DNA of 64,000 nt from Promethearchaeota archaeon (GCA_019058295.1 JAHPZI010000006.1:1-64000); one strand, 5' to 3'. Positions 1-9,298 are shown, numbered from the stretch's first letter. Numbers and translations are program-made. Notes: generated from the letters alone by a model not told the origin.

Positions 1-346
1 TATGTACTTTTTTTTTCACATCCATCAAAATCAAAATCTTATTAAATTCTAAAATGGCAAAAAGTCCTATAATATAATTAAAGAGTACATAAGTATAAAA
101 AGCGGTTCGAGGCCTGAGTAAGCAGAATGTAAACGCAAAGAAAATAGAAAAACTCGGTAAATAAACGTATGAAGGGACTTTATATAGATCAGCAGGATTT
201 GTTAAGATTTGACATCCGGCTAAATAAAAAACTATAAAATCATTTATAAATAGATGTCTACTAAGTAATCCCCAACCTATAAAACAAAGTATTGGGATTA
301 GCAGATAGAGATTTCCTTTACTTAAGTAATTTTGATTAAAAACCAT
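1..346 (-). CDS. Glycosyltransferase family 87 (DUF2029)-like membrane protein, partial (runs off the window start)
   Basis: Not in the ORF track. Manual translation from ATG at 346 gives MVFNQNYLSKGNLYLLIPILCFIGWGLLSRHLFINDFIVFYLAGCQILTNPADLYKVPSYVYLPSF..., the DF-x-x-FY-x-AG...DLY...Y-x-YLP pattern typical of GT87 N-termini. Confidence 0.6.
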   Translation of the reverse strand, partial: MVFNQNYLSKGNLYLLIPILCFIGWGLLSRHLFINDFIVFYLAGCQILTNPADLYKVPSYVYLPSFSIFFAFTFCLLRPRTAFYTYVLFNYIIGLFAILEFNKILILMDVKKKVH

Positions 347-491
347 AAATTATTATTTCTTAGATAATTTAAAAATATTTTTTTATAATTTTAGGAATTA
401 AAAATCTTAAACCTTTAATTTTTAATATTATTATGAATAAAAATAACACTCGAGTGTTTACTTTTCTTTTCAAAAATTTAAATTATTAAAA

Positions 492-1283
492 TTATTTATG
501 AGCTAAAAAATAAGTACCGAACTCTTCTCCATTTAATAATCTCTTTAAGATATTTTTATTATTAAATGAAGTTATAATGGTTGGAATTCCTATATTGGTT
601 AATTTTCTAATTGCTCGAATCTTAGATTTCATACCTCCAAAAGTAATTTCACCATCAATATCTTCTGCCAATTTTTCTAGAGAATCATCAATCTTCTCTA
701 CTTGAGTAATTAATTTGCAATCGGAGTGTATTTTAGGATTTTTATCATATAATCCCTCAACATCCGTTAAAATTATTAAAAGATCGACAAATAATAGGAT
801 CGCAACTAAAGCGGAGAGATGATCATTATCTCCATAGCTCAATTCTTCAATTGCTACAGAATCGTTTTCATTAATTATTGGAACAATACCTTTTTCTAAT
901 AATACATCTAAGGTATTTCTTACATTAGCCCTTCTTGTCGAGTCTTTAGTATCGTCAGCCGAGAGAAGAATCTGTCCTACATTTAAACCATGCTTATTAA
1001 ATTCTTCTTGATAAATACTCATTAAATGAATTTGCCCAACAGAAGCTAATGCTTGAAGCTGTTTATATTCCTTTGGACGCATTTTTATGCCAAGTTTAGC
1101 GAGTCCAGAACCTATAGCCCCGCTGCTAACTATTATTATGTTTTTTCCTTCCTTAATTAATTCCGCTACTTCCTTCACAAACGCTTGAACTTTATCTAAA
1201 TAAATAGTGTCAACGCCATCCGTAATCATATTTGTAGAAACTTTAATCACGATTTTTTTATTATCAGAAGGGAATGTTCTCAT
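492..1283 (-). CDS. proB: Glutamate 5-kinase, without PUA domain
   Basis: Motifs IVIKVS, VSSGAIGSG, QALASVGQ, PIINENDSVA, GDNDHLSALVA, TDVEGLY, GGMKSKI. Confidence 0.93.
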   Translation of the reverse strand: MRTFPSDNKKIVIKVSTNMITDGVDTIYLDKVQAFVKEVAELIKEGKNIIIVSSGAIGSGLAKLGIKMRPKEYKQLQALASVGQIHLMSIYQEEFNKHGLNVGQILLSADDTKDSTRRANVRNTLDVLLEKGIVPIINENDSVAIEELSYGDNDHLSALVAILLFVDLLIILTDVEGLYDKNPKIHSDCKLITQVEKIDDSLEKLAEDIDGEITFGGMKSKIRAIRKLTNIGIPTIITSFNNKNILKRLLNGEEFGTYFLAHK

Positions 1284-1393
1284 AACTTGAATAGAATTAA
1301 GTTTTTATAATTGAAGTAAAAATCCATAAAATTTAGCTTTATTTATTATCTAATGGATTTAAAAAAAAATAAAATGAGGAAAAAATTTGTTAA

Positions 1394-1834
1394 TTAAGGG
1401 ACATAACTCAATACTGTTGTAAAAAGATAAACAATCACAAAAAGCCCACCTAGAAGAATTATCAATATAATTAAAAACATAAAAATTCCTTTATACACCC
1501 CCCTATTCCACGCTTTAACTCCATCTTTCCAATCTTGTCGCGCATTTTCTTGCCATTGTTCCATATCTGCTCTAATTTGTTGCTTTTTTGCTTCCCAATC
1601 TGCTTTATTTTGCTCTTGAATTTTTTCTATATCATCCCCCCATTCTTGGACTTGTTTGTTCCAATTGTTTGCCATTTTTTTAAAAAAATTGCCTACTTTT
1701 CCTTTAGCTTGCTCCCAGTTTTCAACATTTTTACGAGATTGTTCTTCTAAATTTTTTTGAAATTTTGAGAAACCGTCTTTTAACATAGAAAAAAAGTTTT
1801 CCTTTTCTTTTTCAGAATTATTTTCATTACTCAT
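1394..1834 (-). CDS. Tail-anchored protein with Trp-rich amphipathic helical repeats
   Basis: 146 aa; no signal peptide; periodic W in a helical region; one C-terminal hydrophobic segment. Confidence 0.7.
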   Translation of the reverse strand: MSNENNSEKEKENFFSMLKDGFSKFQKNLEEQSRKNVENWEQAKGKVGNFFKKMANNWNKQVQEWGDDIEKIQEQNKADWEAKKQQIRADMEQWQENARQDWKDGVKAWNRGVYKGIFMFLIILIILLGGLFVIVYLFTTVLSYVP

Positions 1835-1999
1835 AATTTTAAATATAGTTTTTTTCGTATTTAATTTTCATTTTCCTCAATTTCAATAATAATATTCACA
1901 TTGAAAAATTTTTAAATTTTTCAACGGATTTGCCCGAAAATTTCAAAAAAAATTCAAAAAAGTATAGCTTTTTTAGTTTGATTAATTTTTTAAAATATC

Positions 2000-3379
2000 A
2001 TGGAATTTAAGTATATTCAGAAAACACCCCTTTATAATGCATTCTCAGAGTTAGGAAAAAGGATTTTTCTACCAGACGGTATATTTTATTGGTCAAGGAG
2101 GGCAAAAAAGGAAGCTGAGATTATCGGGACAATTGGATCTGCTTTTGCTAAAGAAAAAGATTTCATCGATGGAGGATCTGATGAGTGGGTACCGTGTTAT
2201 TTAAAGGACATTAAGAACTATTCCAACCTACACATTAAGGAAATTGTTCCGTATGCTTCAATTGGAGGCCTTCCAGATACAAGAGAGATTTGGAAAAAAT
2301 ATCTTATTAGAAAATCTTTATACGATGGAGAAACAGAAAAAGAGAAGCTTGTGAGGCTTAAAAAGTATATCACGACACCAATAATCACTTCAGGTGTAAC
2401 AAATGGAATTTTCTTAAGTTGTTCGATGTTTCTAAATCCGGGAGAATATATTATTTCTCCAAATAAGAGATGGGGAAATTACGATAACATTATAGTAAAA
2501 AATCTAGGAGCTCAGATTAAATCTTTCGATTTTTTTAAGGATAATAAGATTAATTTACAGGGATTTAAAGAAGCAATTTTAGAAGTTTCTAAAGTGCAGG
2601 AGAAAATAGTTATAATACTAAACTTCCCGAATAACCCTACAGGTTATACGCCAACTTTGGATGAGGCTAAAGAATTAATTGAACTGCTAAGAAATATGTA
2701 TAGTCCCTTGAAAAAACCTATTATTGTAATCGTGGACGATGCTTATGAATCTTATGTCTATAATGATGATAACTTAAATATTTCATGGTTCTACGATCTG
2801 CATCAATTAGACGAGGATATTATTCCAATTAAATTGGATGGGATAACAAAAGAGCTTTTAATGTATGGTGGGAGAATCGGGTTCGTAACTATAGGTATAA
2901 AACCAAAATGGACTAAAAACGATGATGAATTAGAACTTCTGAAAAAAGAGATCGAAAACAAATTGGAGGGTATGAATAGGAGTACAGTGTCAAATTGCAA
3001 CCACTTCTATCAAGCTATAACTCAAAAAATATTTATAGAAAAGGGAATGGAACAGATTATTACAGATCGAGACAAGGTTAAAAATTTACTTAAAGAAAGA
3101 TACGAAGAAATTAATTCTGAACTAGAAAAAATAGATAATCCAAATATAACTATTGACCCTAACTCAGGTGGTTTCTTTCTGTTTATAAATCTAAATCGAG
3201 ATAAAATTAAAGCTACTGAATTTGCAGACCATTTATTAAAAAAATATAAAGTCGGAGTAATCCCTATTGAAAAAGTAAACGAAAATATTAACGGTATTCG
3301 AATTGCCTATTGTTCTATTGATAAACATCAAATACCCGAGTTAATAAGCAGAATTAATTCAGCACTTAGAGATTTTTAA
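2000..3379 (+). CDS. PLP-dependent aminotransferase, class I/II
   Basis: NFPNNPTGY, VDDAY, DGITKE...GGRIG (PLP lysine), IRIAY. Confidence 0.9.
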   Translation: MEFKYIQKTPLYNAFSELGKRIFLPDGIFYWSRRAKKEAEIIGTIGSAFAKEKDFIDGGSDEWVPCYLKDIKNYSNLHIKEIVPYASIGGLPDTREIWKKYLIRKSLYDGETEKEKLVRLKKYITTPIITSGVTNGIFLSCSMFLNPGEYIISPNKRWGNYDNIIVKNLGAQIKSFDFFKDNKINLQGFKEAILEVSKVQEKIVIILNFPNNPTGYTPTLDEAKELIELLRNMYSPLKKPIIVIVDDAYESYVYNDDNLNISWFYDLHQLDEDIIPIKLDGITKELLMYGGRIGFVTIGIKPKWTKNDDELELLKKEIENKLEGMNRSTVSNCNHFYQAITQKIFIEKGMEQIITDRDKVKNLLKERYEEINSELEKIDNPNITIDPNSGGFFLFINLNRDKIKATEFADHLLKKYKVGVIPIEKVNENINGIRIAYCSIDKHQIPELISRINSALRDF

Positions 3380-3506
3380 TTTAATATTTTTTTTTATTTT
3401 AGATGTTCTTTTTATAAAAATATGTGAAAATGATTCTAAAGATTTTTATAAATCTTTTACTATAATCACTATACTTAAACTTAAAAAAAAAAAATTAGTG
3501 AATATA

Positions 3507-4508
3507 ATGGTTAAATTATTTTTAATCAATAAAGGGGAATTGAACGAAATTCCGAATCCAGTATTCTCAACTGGAGATGTATATCTTCTTGATGATGAGA
3601 AGACTATATACGTATGGATAGGAAGTAAGTGCAGCGTTGATGAGAAAACAACAGGTGCAGCTAATGCTCGTAAATTAGATCAGGAGAGAGGAGGAGCAGC
3701 AAAAATCATTACCGTAGACCAAGGTCAGGAAACCTCTGATTTTTTAAAGGCTGTTACCTCAATTGGAGTAATGAAAGTAGTTGAGAAGAATATTGCGAAG
3801 ACACTCTTAAAAGACGTGGTTACTGGTGATTATGCACAGTTTGCAGAACATAAAAATGTTTTATATCAAGTATCTTCTGAAGAATTTGAAAATATTAATA
3901 CTATGAAAATGATTCAAGTACCATTTTCTAAAGATTCTCTAGTTTCTGAAGATTGTTTTGTTGCTGATTTAGGAACCAAGGTATATATATGGCAAGGAAA
4001 CGCATGTAATGTAAAAGAAAAAGTAAAAGCAGGTCAATGGGCTAGAAATATTGATGCTGAACGCGCAGGATCTCAAAATGAAGTAATATTTGAAGAGGGG
4101 GATGATGCTGACTTTTTAGCTGCCTTAGAAAAAGGCGTGGATTATAAAGAATCAGATGCAGTTCAACTAAGAGCAGAGTCCGTCTTAGAGCCTGAAACAG
4201 AGGCAGACAAAGCTGTTGCTGCTATTGAACCAGAACATAAAGCGGAGGTTAAAGATGCTGGTCCTCCTCAAATTAAACAAGAAATATCTTCAGGTGCTGC
4301 TCCTGGTAGACCAGGTCAAGTGGATGAGTCAATTTTAACAATTCCAAAAGCCGAAGGTCGACGAAAATGCCCTAACTGTGATAATGAAGATAAAGGCCTG
4401 ATTCACGAGTCGATAGATAAGACCAACATAATTTTAGATTATCCTAGAATGTACGGTAAGAAATTCAAATGTGGTCTTTGTGGTGCGATGTGGAGGGAAA
4501 GGAGTTAA
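3507..4508 (+). CDS. Two-domain gelsolin (Asgard 2DGel-like) with a C-terminal zinc ribbon
   Basis: Two gelsolin repeats: GDVYLLDDEKTIYVWIGSKCS..EK..QGQET and EDCFVADLGTKVYIWQGNACNVKEK..EEGDD. Acidic/Pro linker, then CPNC...CGLC. ATG at 3507 (track uses GTG at 3498). Confidence 0.88.
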   Translation: MVKLFLINKGELNEIPNPVFSTGDVYLLDDEKTIYVWIGSKCSVDEKTTGAANARKLDQERGGAAKIITVDQGQETSDFLKAVTSIGVMKVVEKNIAKTLLKDVVTGDYAQFAEHKNVLYQVSSEEFENINTMKMIQVPFSKDSLVSEDCFVADLGTKVYIWQGNACNVKEKVKAGQWARNIDAERAGSQNEVIFEEGDDADFLAALEKGVDYKESDAVQLRAESVLEPETEADKAVAAIEPEHKAEVKDAGPPQIKQEISSGAAPGRPGQVDESILTIPKAEGRRKCPNCDNEDKGLIHESIDKTNIILDYPRMYGKKFKCGLCGAMWRERS

Positions 4509-4691
4509 TTATCAAATTCTAAATTTTCTTTAAGTTCTATTAATCTTATAGTCTTTTTTTCATTTTATTTTTTAATTTTAAAGTATTGAGAAAAAATTTT
4601 AGCAATAAATTTTAGCGTGAGAAATAGTAAACTTCAATTATTTATCTTTTATTGATTTTAAAGGAAGTATCTAAGAACAAGAATAATATTT

Positions 4692-6008
4692 TTAAGATTT
4701 TGATATTTCTCTACGCATTATTTTTATTTTCTTCTTTAGCTCGATTATTTCTCCATCCATTTTTTCTTGTTCTTTTTCACTTTTTAATTTTTCATCCTTA
4801 ATCTTCTGCAGATCGTCTAATAGTTTATCTTCGATTTTTTCTGCTTCGCGCAATTTTTTGTTTAACTCATCGATCTTGTCTTTTAATGTTTTAATCTCAT
4901 TAGATGTCTCCACTTCAGAGTTGGTTTTATTTGATATCTCTACTTCTAATTTTGCAGAATTCATTTGAGATTTTTCTAATTTTTCTTCGAGAGTGTTAAT
5001 TAATTCGGTATTTGCTAAATCTTTTTGAGTTTTCTGTTCAATTTCAGCAATTAAAGTACTAATTCGCTCGTCTTTCTTTTCTATATCTTTTTTAACAAGA
5101 TCAAATGTTTCTAATTTTTGTTGTAAATCGGTAATTTTTTGATTGGTCAATTTTAAGGAATTTCCAGCTTCAAAAATCGCTTTTTCCTTTTCTGTTATAA
5201 TTTCGTCTTTCTTTTCAACTAGTAATTTAATTTTTTCAAATTTTGACTTTTTAACTGTATCATTTTTTAACTCATTTTCAAGATATTGAATTTGCTCACC
5301 TAAATCTAAAATTTTATTATCCTTTTCTTCCAATTTCGCAAGTTCATTCTGCTGGTCATCGATTTGAGAGGTTAAATCTTTTATTTTTTGATTTTGTTCT
5401 TCTATAATTGTAGTTAAATCTTCATGTTGGGAAATTAATTCTTCTAATTCTTTTATTTTATTATCTTTAGCTAATAATAATTTATTCTGCTCATCTATCT
5501 CGGAATCTTTCGCGTTAACGGATGTATATAGTTCTTGTATATAATTCTTTTTTTCTTCAATTTCATGATCCTTTTGTTCGATAATTTCTTTTAATTCCTG
5601 AACTGCTTGAATTTGCCCTCCCCCACTCTCAATTTTTTCGGATAAATTTTGAAGTCTTGTTTCTAATTCTTTTATAATTTCTCCTTTTTCAGCAATAAGT
5701 TGATCCTTTTCTTTTAACGCCCCAGTATGAATTTTTTCTTTACTAGTTTCGCGAAATGTCGTTGTTTTCAGCTGTTCATTTTCTCTTGATAATTCTTCTT
5801 TCTCCTTCATTAACTTTTCTGTTTGTTCAGAAAGAGCATTTTTCTCTTTAGTTAATTGATCATACTGTTTTTTAAAGAAATTGAGCTGAGATTGAAGATC
5901 CTCACCTAATTCTGCGGAATCTTCCGTTTCTTCTTTTTCTTCAACCCATCCAAGAGCTGAGAGAGCATCTACGATTGATTTATCGTCATCTTCACGATCT
6001 TCTGGCAT
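4692..6008 (-). CDS. Long coiled-coil protein
   Basis: 438 aa, E/K/Q/L/I-rich heptad pattern over almost the whole length; no Walker motif, no TM segment. Confidence 0.8.
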   Translation of the reverse strand: MPEDREDDDKSIVDALSALGWVEEKEETEDSAELGEDLQSQLNFFKKQYDQLTKEKNALSEQTEKLMKEKEELSRENEQLKTTTFRETSKEKIHTGALKEKDQLIAEKGEIIKELETRLQNLSEKIESGGGQIQAVQELKEIIEQKDHEIEEKKNYIQELYTSVNAKDSEIDEQNKLLLAKDNKIKELEELISQHEDLTTIIEEQNQKIKDLTSQIDDQQNELAKLEEKDNKILDLGEQIQYLENELKNDTVKKSKFEKIKLLVEKKDEIITEKEKAIFEAGNSLKLTNQKITDLQQKLETFDLVKKDIEKKDERISTLIAEIEQKTQKDLANTELINTLEEKLEKSQMNSAKLEVEISNKTNSEVETSNEIKTLKDKIDELNKKLREAEKIEDKLLDDLQKIKDEKLKSEKEQEKMDGEIIELKKKIKIMRREISKS

Positions 6009-6106
6009 AAAAAAATCAACTATTTTTCTTATTTAAGTTAATCTTAATAATTTACTCTATTAAATTTTTTCATTCTTAGATGGCATTAATTGAAATTTTT
6101 GGGCAC

Positions 6107-6604
6107 CTAATCTACTTTTTTAAAGACGTATTTTCTATCTAAAATAAATTTAATAGAATATCCAACTGATAAAGCTATTAGCATACTAATTTCAAGAGGT
6201 GTTCCTAAGAAGTTTGTCAGAAGAAATTGAATTCCTATGTTTATTATCGTTGTCACAATAGCAAATGCGAAATATTTAGCAAATTCTTCTGAAGTTTCTT
6301 TTAATTCCAAGGTCGTCTTTTTAAATACGATGAATTTATCTAAAATAAATTTAGTAACATAAGTTATTACAACAGCTACGATTGATCCTACCAATTCTGG
6401 CATGTTATACGGAACAATTGAACAATAGAAGGTGTATATAAAATCATTACTACTATAATTTTGGCATATAAATGGGGCGAAATATATTTGATTTAATTTT
6501 TGGATTACATAATTTAATAAAATCATAGCAATAGCAAATATGAAATAGAGAATTATTTGCTTTCTAATTTCATCATCTTTTTTAATGTCATTAATTTCTT
6601 CCAT
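6107..6604 (-). CDS. GtrA-family membrane protein
   Basis: Duplicated half-motifs KFILDKFIVF and KFILDRKYVF; about four hydrophobic helices. Confidence 0.75.
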   Translation of the reverse strand: MEEINDIKKDDEIRKQIILYFIFAIAMILLNYVIQKLNQIYFAPFICQNYSSNDFIYTFYCSIVPYNMPELVGSIVAVVITYVTKFILDKFIVFKKTTLELKETSEEFAKYFAFAIVTTIINIGIQFLLTNFLGTPLEISMLIALSVGYSIKFILDRKYVFKKVD

Positions 6605-6619
6605 AATTATCAGCTATTT

Positions 6620-6886
6620 TTATTCAATATTTAATCTTGAACCACAGTGATAACAATATTTTGCAATTGATTCTTTAATCTCGCCACCACATGCTCTACA
6701 AGATCTAAGAGGCTCGGGTTTAAACTCTTTGAAATCTTCTCTTGCTTTACTCTTTCCTCTTAATGCAAATGGCAGAAAACAGATGATTGGAATAAAGAAA
6801 AAGAATCCTATGTAAAAAGAGAGAATAAGAGATATTACAAGAATAATGACGAAAATAATGTTAAGAATTATAATATTACGTTTCAT
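6620..6886 (-). CDS. Small membrane protein with C-terminal zinc ribbon
   Basis: Hydrophobic N-terminus, then CRACG...YCYHCG. Confidence 0.75.
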   Translation of the reverse strand: MKRNIIILNIIFVIILVISLILSFYIGFFFFIPIICFLPFALRGKSKAREDFKEFKPEPLRSCRACGGEIKESIAKYCYHCGSRLNIE

Positions 6887-6915
6887 GTTATTGTATAATA
6901 TTACGTTTCATGTTA
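6869..6915. repeat. 22-bp direct repeat (period 25) covering the start of the 6620..6886 gene
   Basis: tataatattacgtttcatgtta at 6869-6890 and 6894-6915. Confidence 0.95.
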
Positions 6916-6918
6916 AAT

Positions 6919-7545
6919 TTAATTTTGTATTTTATCTTTCCAAGCATCAAGCTTTTCAACTTCTTTCTTTTCTTCATCTCCATTAGTTAATTCCTGAGAG
7001 TTAGATATGTTTTGAGATTCTGTTGCGGGATGCCCTTCTAAATGAAAGCCAGAACTTTGAAAAGTTGAGCTTTGTTTTGGATAAATAGACTCCATAATTT
7101 CTTTAGCAAAACCTTTTCTCTTATCTTCTTTCTTCGTTATTCTTTTATATAAATACTTAATGCCAAACACTATCATTGAAAAACTGAAAGAAAACAAAAA
7201 GTAAATCCAAAACCAATACTCATATTGACTGTAAAGCATTGATATAATAATGAAAATTACAAGAAAAATGAGACATCTAACACACATCGGAATTAGTTGT
7301 TTTTTTAACATAAGTTTCATCAGCCCCATTGTTTCTATTTGTAATTGTTGCATTAGAGCAGGATCACCTAAAATCTCAGCCTGTCGCACTCTTTCTCGAA
7401 GATTTTTTGCTTTATCTCTAATTTCTTTCATCTTTGAAGCTCTTACTCCAAGAAGTTTATTTAATAATAAGCTGAATAAAACCATCGCAAGTGCGATAAA
7501 CATTAGTTCTAAAATTACGTCATTAGTAAGAGGTTTATAGTCCAT
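6919..7545 (-). CDS. EMC3/TMCO1/DUF106 family (Oxa1 superfamily) membrane protein
   Basis: TM1, then a charged helical hairpin (KMKEIRDKAKNLRERVRQAE..GD..MQQLQ.E.M), then Met-rich KQLIPM and TM2, then WYFL-like TM3 (WFWIYFLFS). Confidence 0.7.
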   Translation of the reverse strand: MDYKPLTNDVILELMFIALAMVLFSLLLNKLLGVRASKMKEIRDKAKNLRERVRQAEILGDPALMQQLQIETMGLMKLMLKKQLIPMCVRCLIFLVIFIIISMLYSQYEYWFWIYFLFSFSFSMIVFGIKYLYKRITKKEDKRKGFAKEIMESIYPKQSSTFQSSGFHLEGHPATESQNISNSQELTNGDEEKKEVEKLDAWKDKIQN

Positions 7546-7653
7546 AAAATCACTATATTAGAAAAAACTGAATTTAAATTAAATTTTTTTATAATAAGAT
7601 TTGTATAATTAGGATTTTATACCAAACCAATTTAATGAATTAATTAAGAAAAG

Positions 7654-8742
7654 CTATATTAAATTCCCATCTAAGAACCCTCTAACGTATTTTGAGTATA
7701 GAGTTTTCCATCTAGTTGGGATGGACGACATGATGGCACAACCTAACCGACACCCATCGCAAAAATTATAATCGTCGTGTTTTTTCATAATATCTTTAAC
7801 TTCTTGACTATAATAGATATTTGAAAGAGAATGGTTAAATGCGTTAAAACTTTTTATAGGGTTTATTTTACAAGGAAAATCAATAAAGCCGTCGTGTCTT
7901 ATAAACATATAAGCTTCAGCAACGTGGCACCTCAATATATCTTGATATTTTTGATTACCATCATGATTTCCACCAAAACCTCCCTTTTCTATAATTTCGA
8001 CACTAACGGGATCTGTTAATATATTTTTAAATTTAGATCTTAAATCTCTTATTTTATTAGCCCAAATTGTTAAATCTGGAATTAAATCTTGAATCCCATT
8101 GCCACGATAACTTTTACCAGAAATATTCCAAATTATATCTTCGCAAGGATATAGTTCAATCGCACAGTTTAAATTTTCAGCTAATTCACATAAATCTTCT
8201 AGTAGATCTAAATTTTGTTTCATTACAACTGTACTTATAACAACTTTAATATCCTTTTTATTTGCTAAATGAATAGATTTAATGACTTTATCAAAAACTT
8301 TAATTCCTCGTAATTTATCATGTAATTCAGCAGTAGGATAATCAAGTGAGGTTAATATAAAATCTAATCCTTCAAATTTAGGTATCAATTCAGGCAATAA
8401 GAATCCATTACTTGTGATCCCGTTAAAAAAATTATGATGTATTCCCATATGATATATAAGTTCAGGAAGATCTTTCCTTAAAGTCGGCTCACCCCCCGTA
8501 AGCGATAGCGCATTTATTCCTAACTCGGCAAGCTGATCTATTAAATATTTAATTTGTTCTGTTGTCATTTCCTTATTAACATAATACTCTGGCAATGTAT
8601 CAATTGCGCAAAATGGACATTTAGCATTGCATTTTAAATTCACTTCTATTTGCGCTGAATATGGAACTTTTTTTGCTGTAAAATTATTTAAAAGAAAATT
8701 CCTTATTGATAAAAACCAATTTCTAACTCTTTTACGAGGAAT
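7654..8742 (-). CDS. Radical SAM/SPASM-type protein; probable ATT start at 8742 (track starts at GTG 8643)
   Basis: CNAKCPFC, LTGGEPTLR, C-terminal C...PC...CDGC..GC. The frame stays open upstream of 8643 (PRKRVRNW...KVPYSAQIEV). Confidence 0.85.
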   Translation of the reverse strand: MPRKRVRNWFLSIRNFLLNNFTAKKVPYSAQIEVNLKCNAKCPFCAIDTLPEYYVNKEMTTEQIKYLIDQLAELGINALSLTGGEPTLRKDLPELIYHMGIHHNFFNGITSNGFLLPELIPKFEGLDFILTSLDYPTAELHDKLRGIKVFDKVIKSIHLANKKDIKVVISTVVMKQNLDLLEDLCELAENLNCAIELYPCEDIIWNISGKSYRGNGIQDLIPDLTIWANKIRDLRSKFKNILTDPVSVEIIEKGGFGGNHDGNQKYQDILRCHVAEAYMFIRHDGFIDFPCKINPIKSFNAFNHSLSNIYYSQEVKDIMKKHDDYNFCDGCRLGCAIMSSIPTRWKTLYSKYVRGFLDGNLI

Positions 8743-8929
8743 TAAGATTACACCATTTATTATCTATATTTAATTATTGTGATTACTTTGTTTTATAGGT
8801 ATTATTTTAAAATAATAAATCAGAAATTATTAATAAAATAGCCAGTATTAATTTTTTTTTATTAATAAAGATTTAAAAAAAGTAAAATTAAAAAAAATTT
8901 TTGAATCTTCCAATGAATTAATCGAAGTT

Positions 8930-9298
8930 TTAGGTACAATCTTTGCCACATTTTTTACAAAGATATTTTTTAGCAAAAATTTTCATCCCACCTTGCTGAA
9001 AAATAACTTGGTCTTTATCTTCTACTGTATTAAATTCAGTTGAGCCACACTCTGAGCAAACTCTCCTTCCTTCCAATGGTGGCTTTTCTTCTACCATCTC
9101 TTTTTCTTGCTGTTTTTCAATAACTTCGGAAGGTTTAACTGTAGTTGCTGGTTTACTTGCAGTTGATGCTGGTTTACTTGCAGTTGATGCTGGTTTTGGG
9201 ACGGGTGCAGCTACTTTACTTCCAGCTGCCAAAACTTTATCAAGTTTTTCGTCAATTTTCATTAGTAATTCTAACACTTTTTCTTCAAATATTGACAA
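8930..9298 (-). CDS. Small protein: N-terminal short coiled coil, low-complexity linker, C-terminal zinc ribbon
   Basis: TTG start after GAGGAG; KPASTAS repeats; EGRRVCSECG...KKYLCKKCG. Confidence 0.85.
   Translation of the reverse strand: MSIFEEKVLELLMKIDEKLDKVLAAGSKVAAPVPKPASTASKPASTASKPATTVKPSEVIEKQQEKEMVEEKPPLEGRRVCSECGSTEFNTVEDKDQVIFQQGGMKIFAKKYLCKKCGKDCT
9146..9196. repeat. 21-bp in-frame tandem repeat (~2.4 copies) encoding KPASTAS
   Basis: tgctggtttacttgcagttga at 9146-9166 and 9167-9187, plus a partial copy to 9196. Confidence 0.95.

Noticed and set aside
1394-1834. SNARE protein
   Set aside because: The topology fits, but the Trp-rich spacing does not match SNARE heptad layers and I could not place a zero layer.
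4692-6008. SMC or Rad50 ATPase
   Set aside because: No Walker A/B, signature motif, hinge or zinc hook.
6869-9196. Short direct repeats as CRISPR remnants or insertion target-site duplications
   Set aside because: Only two adjacent copies each, with no spacers, cas genes or transposase.
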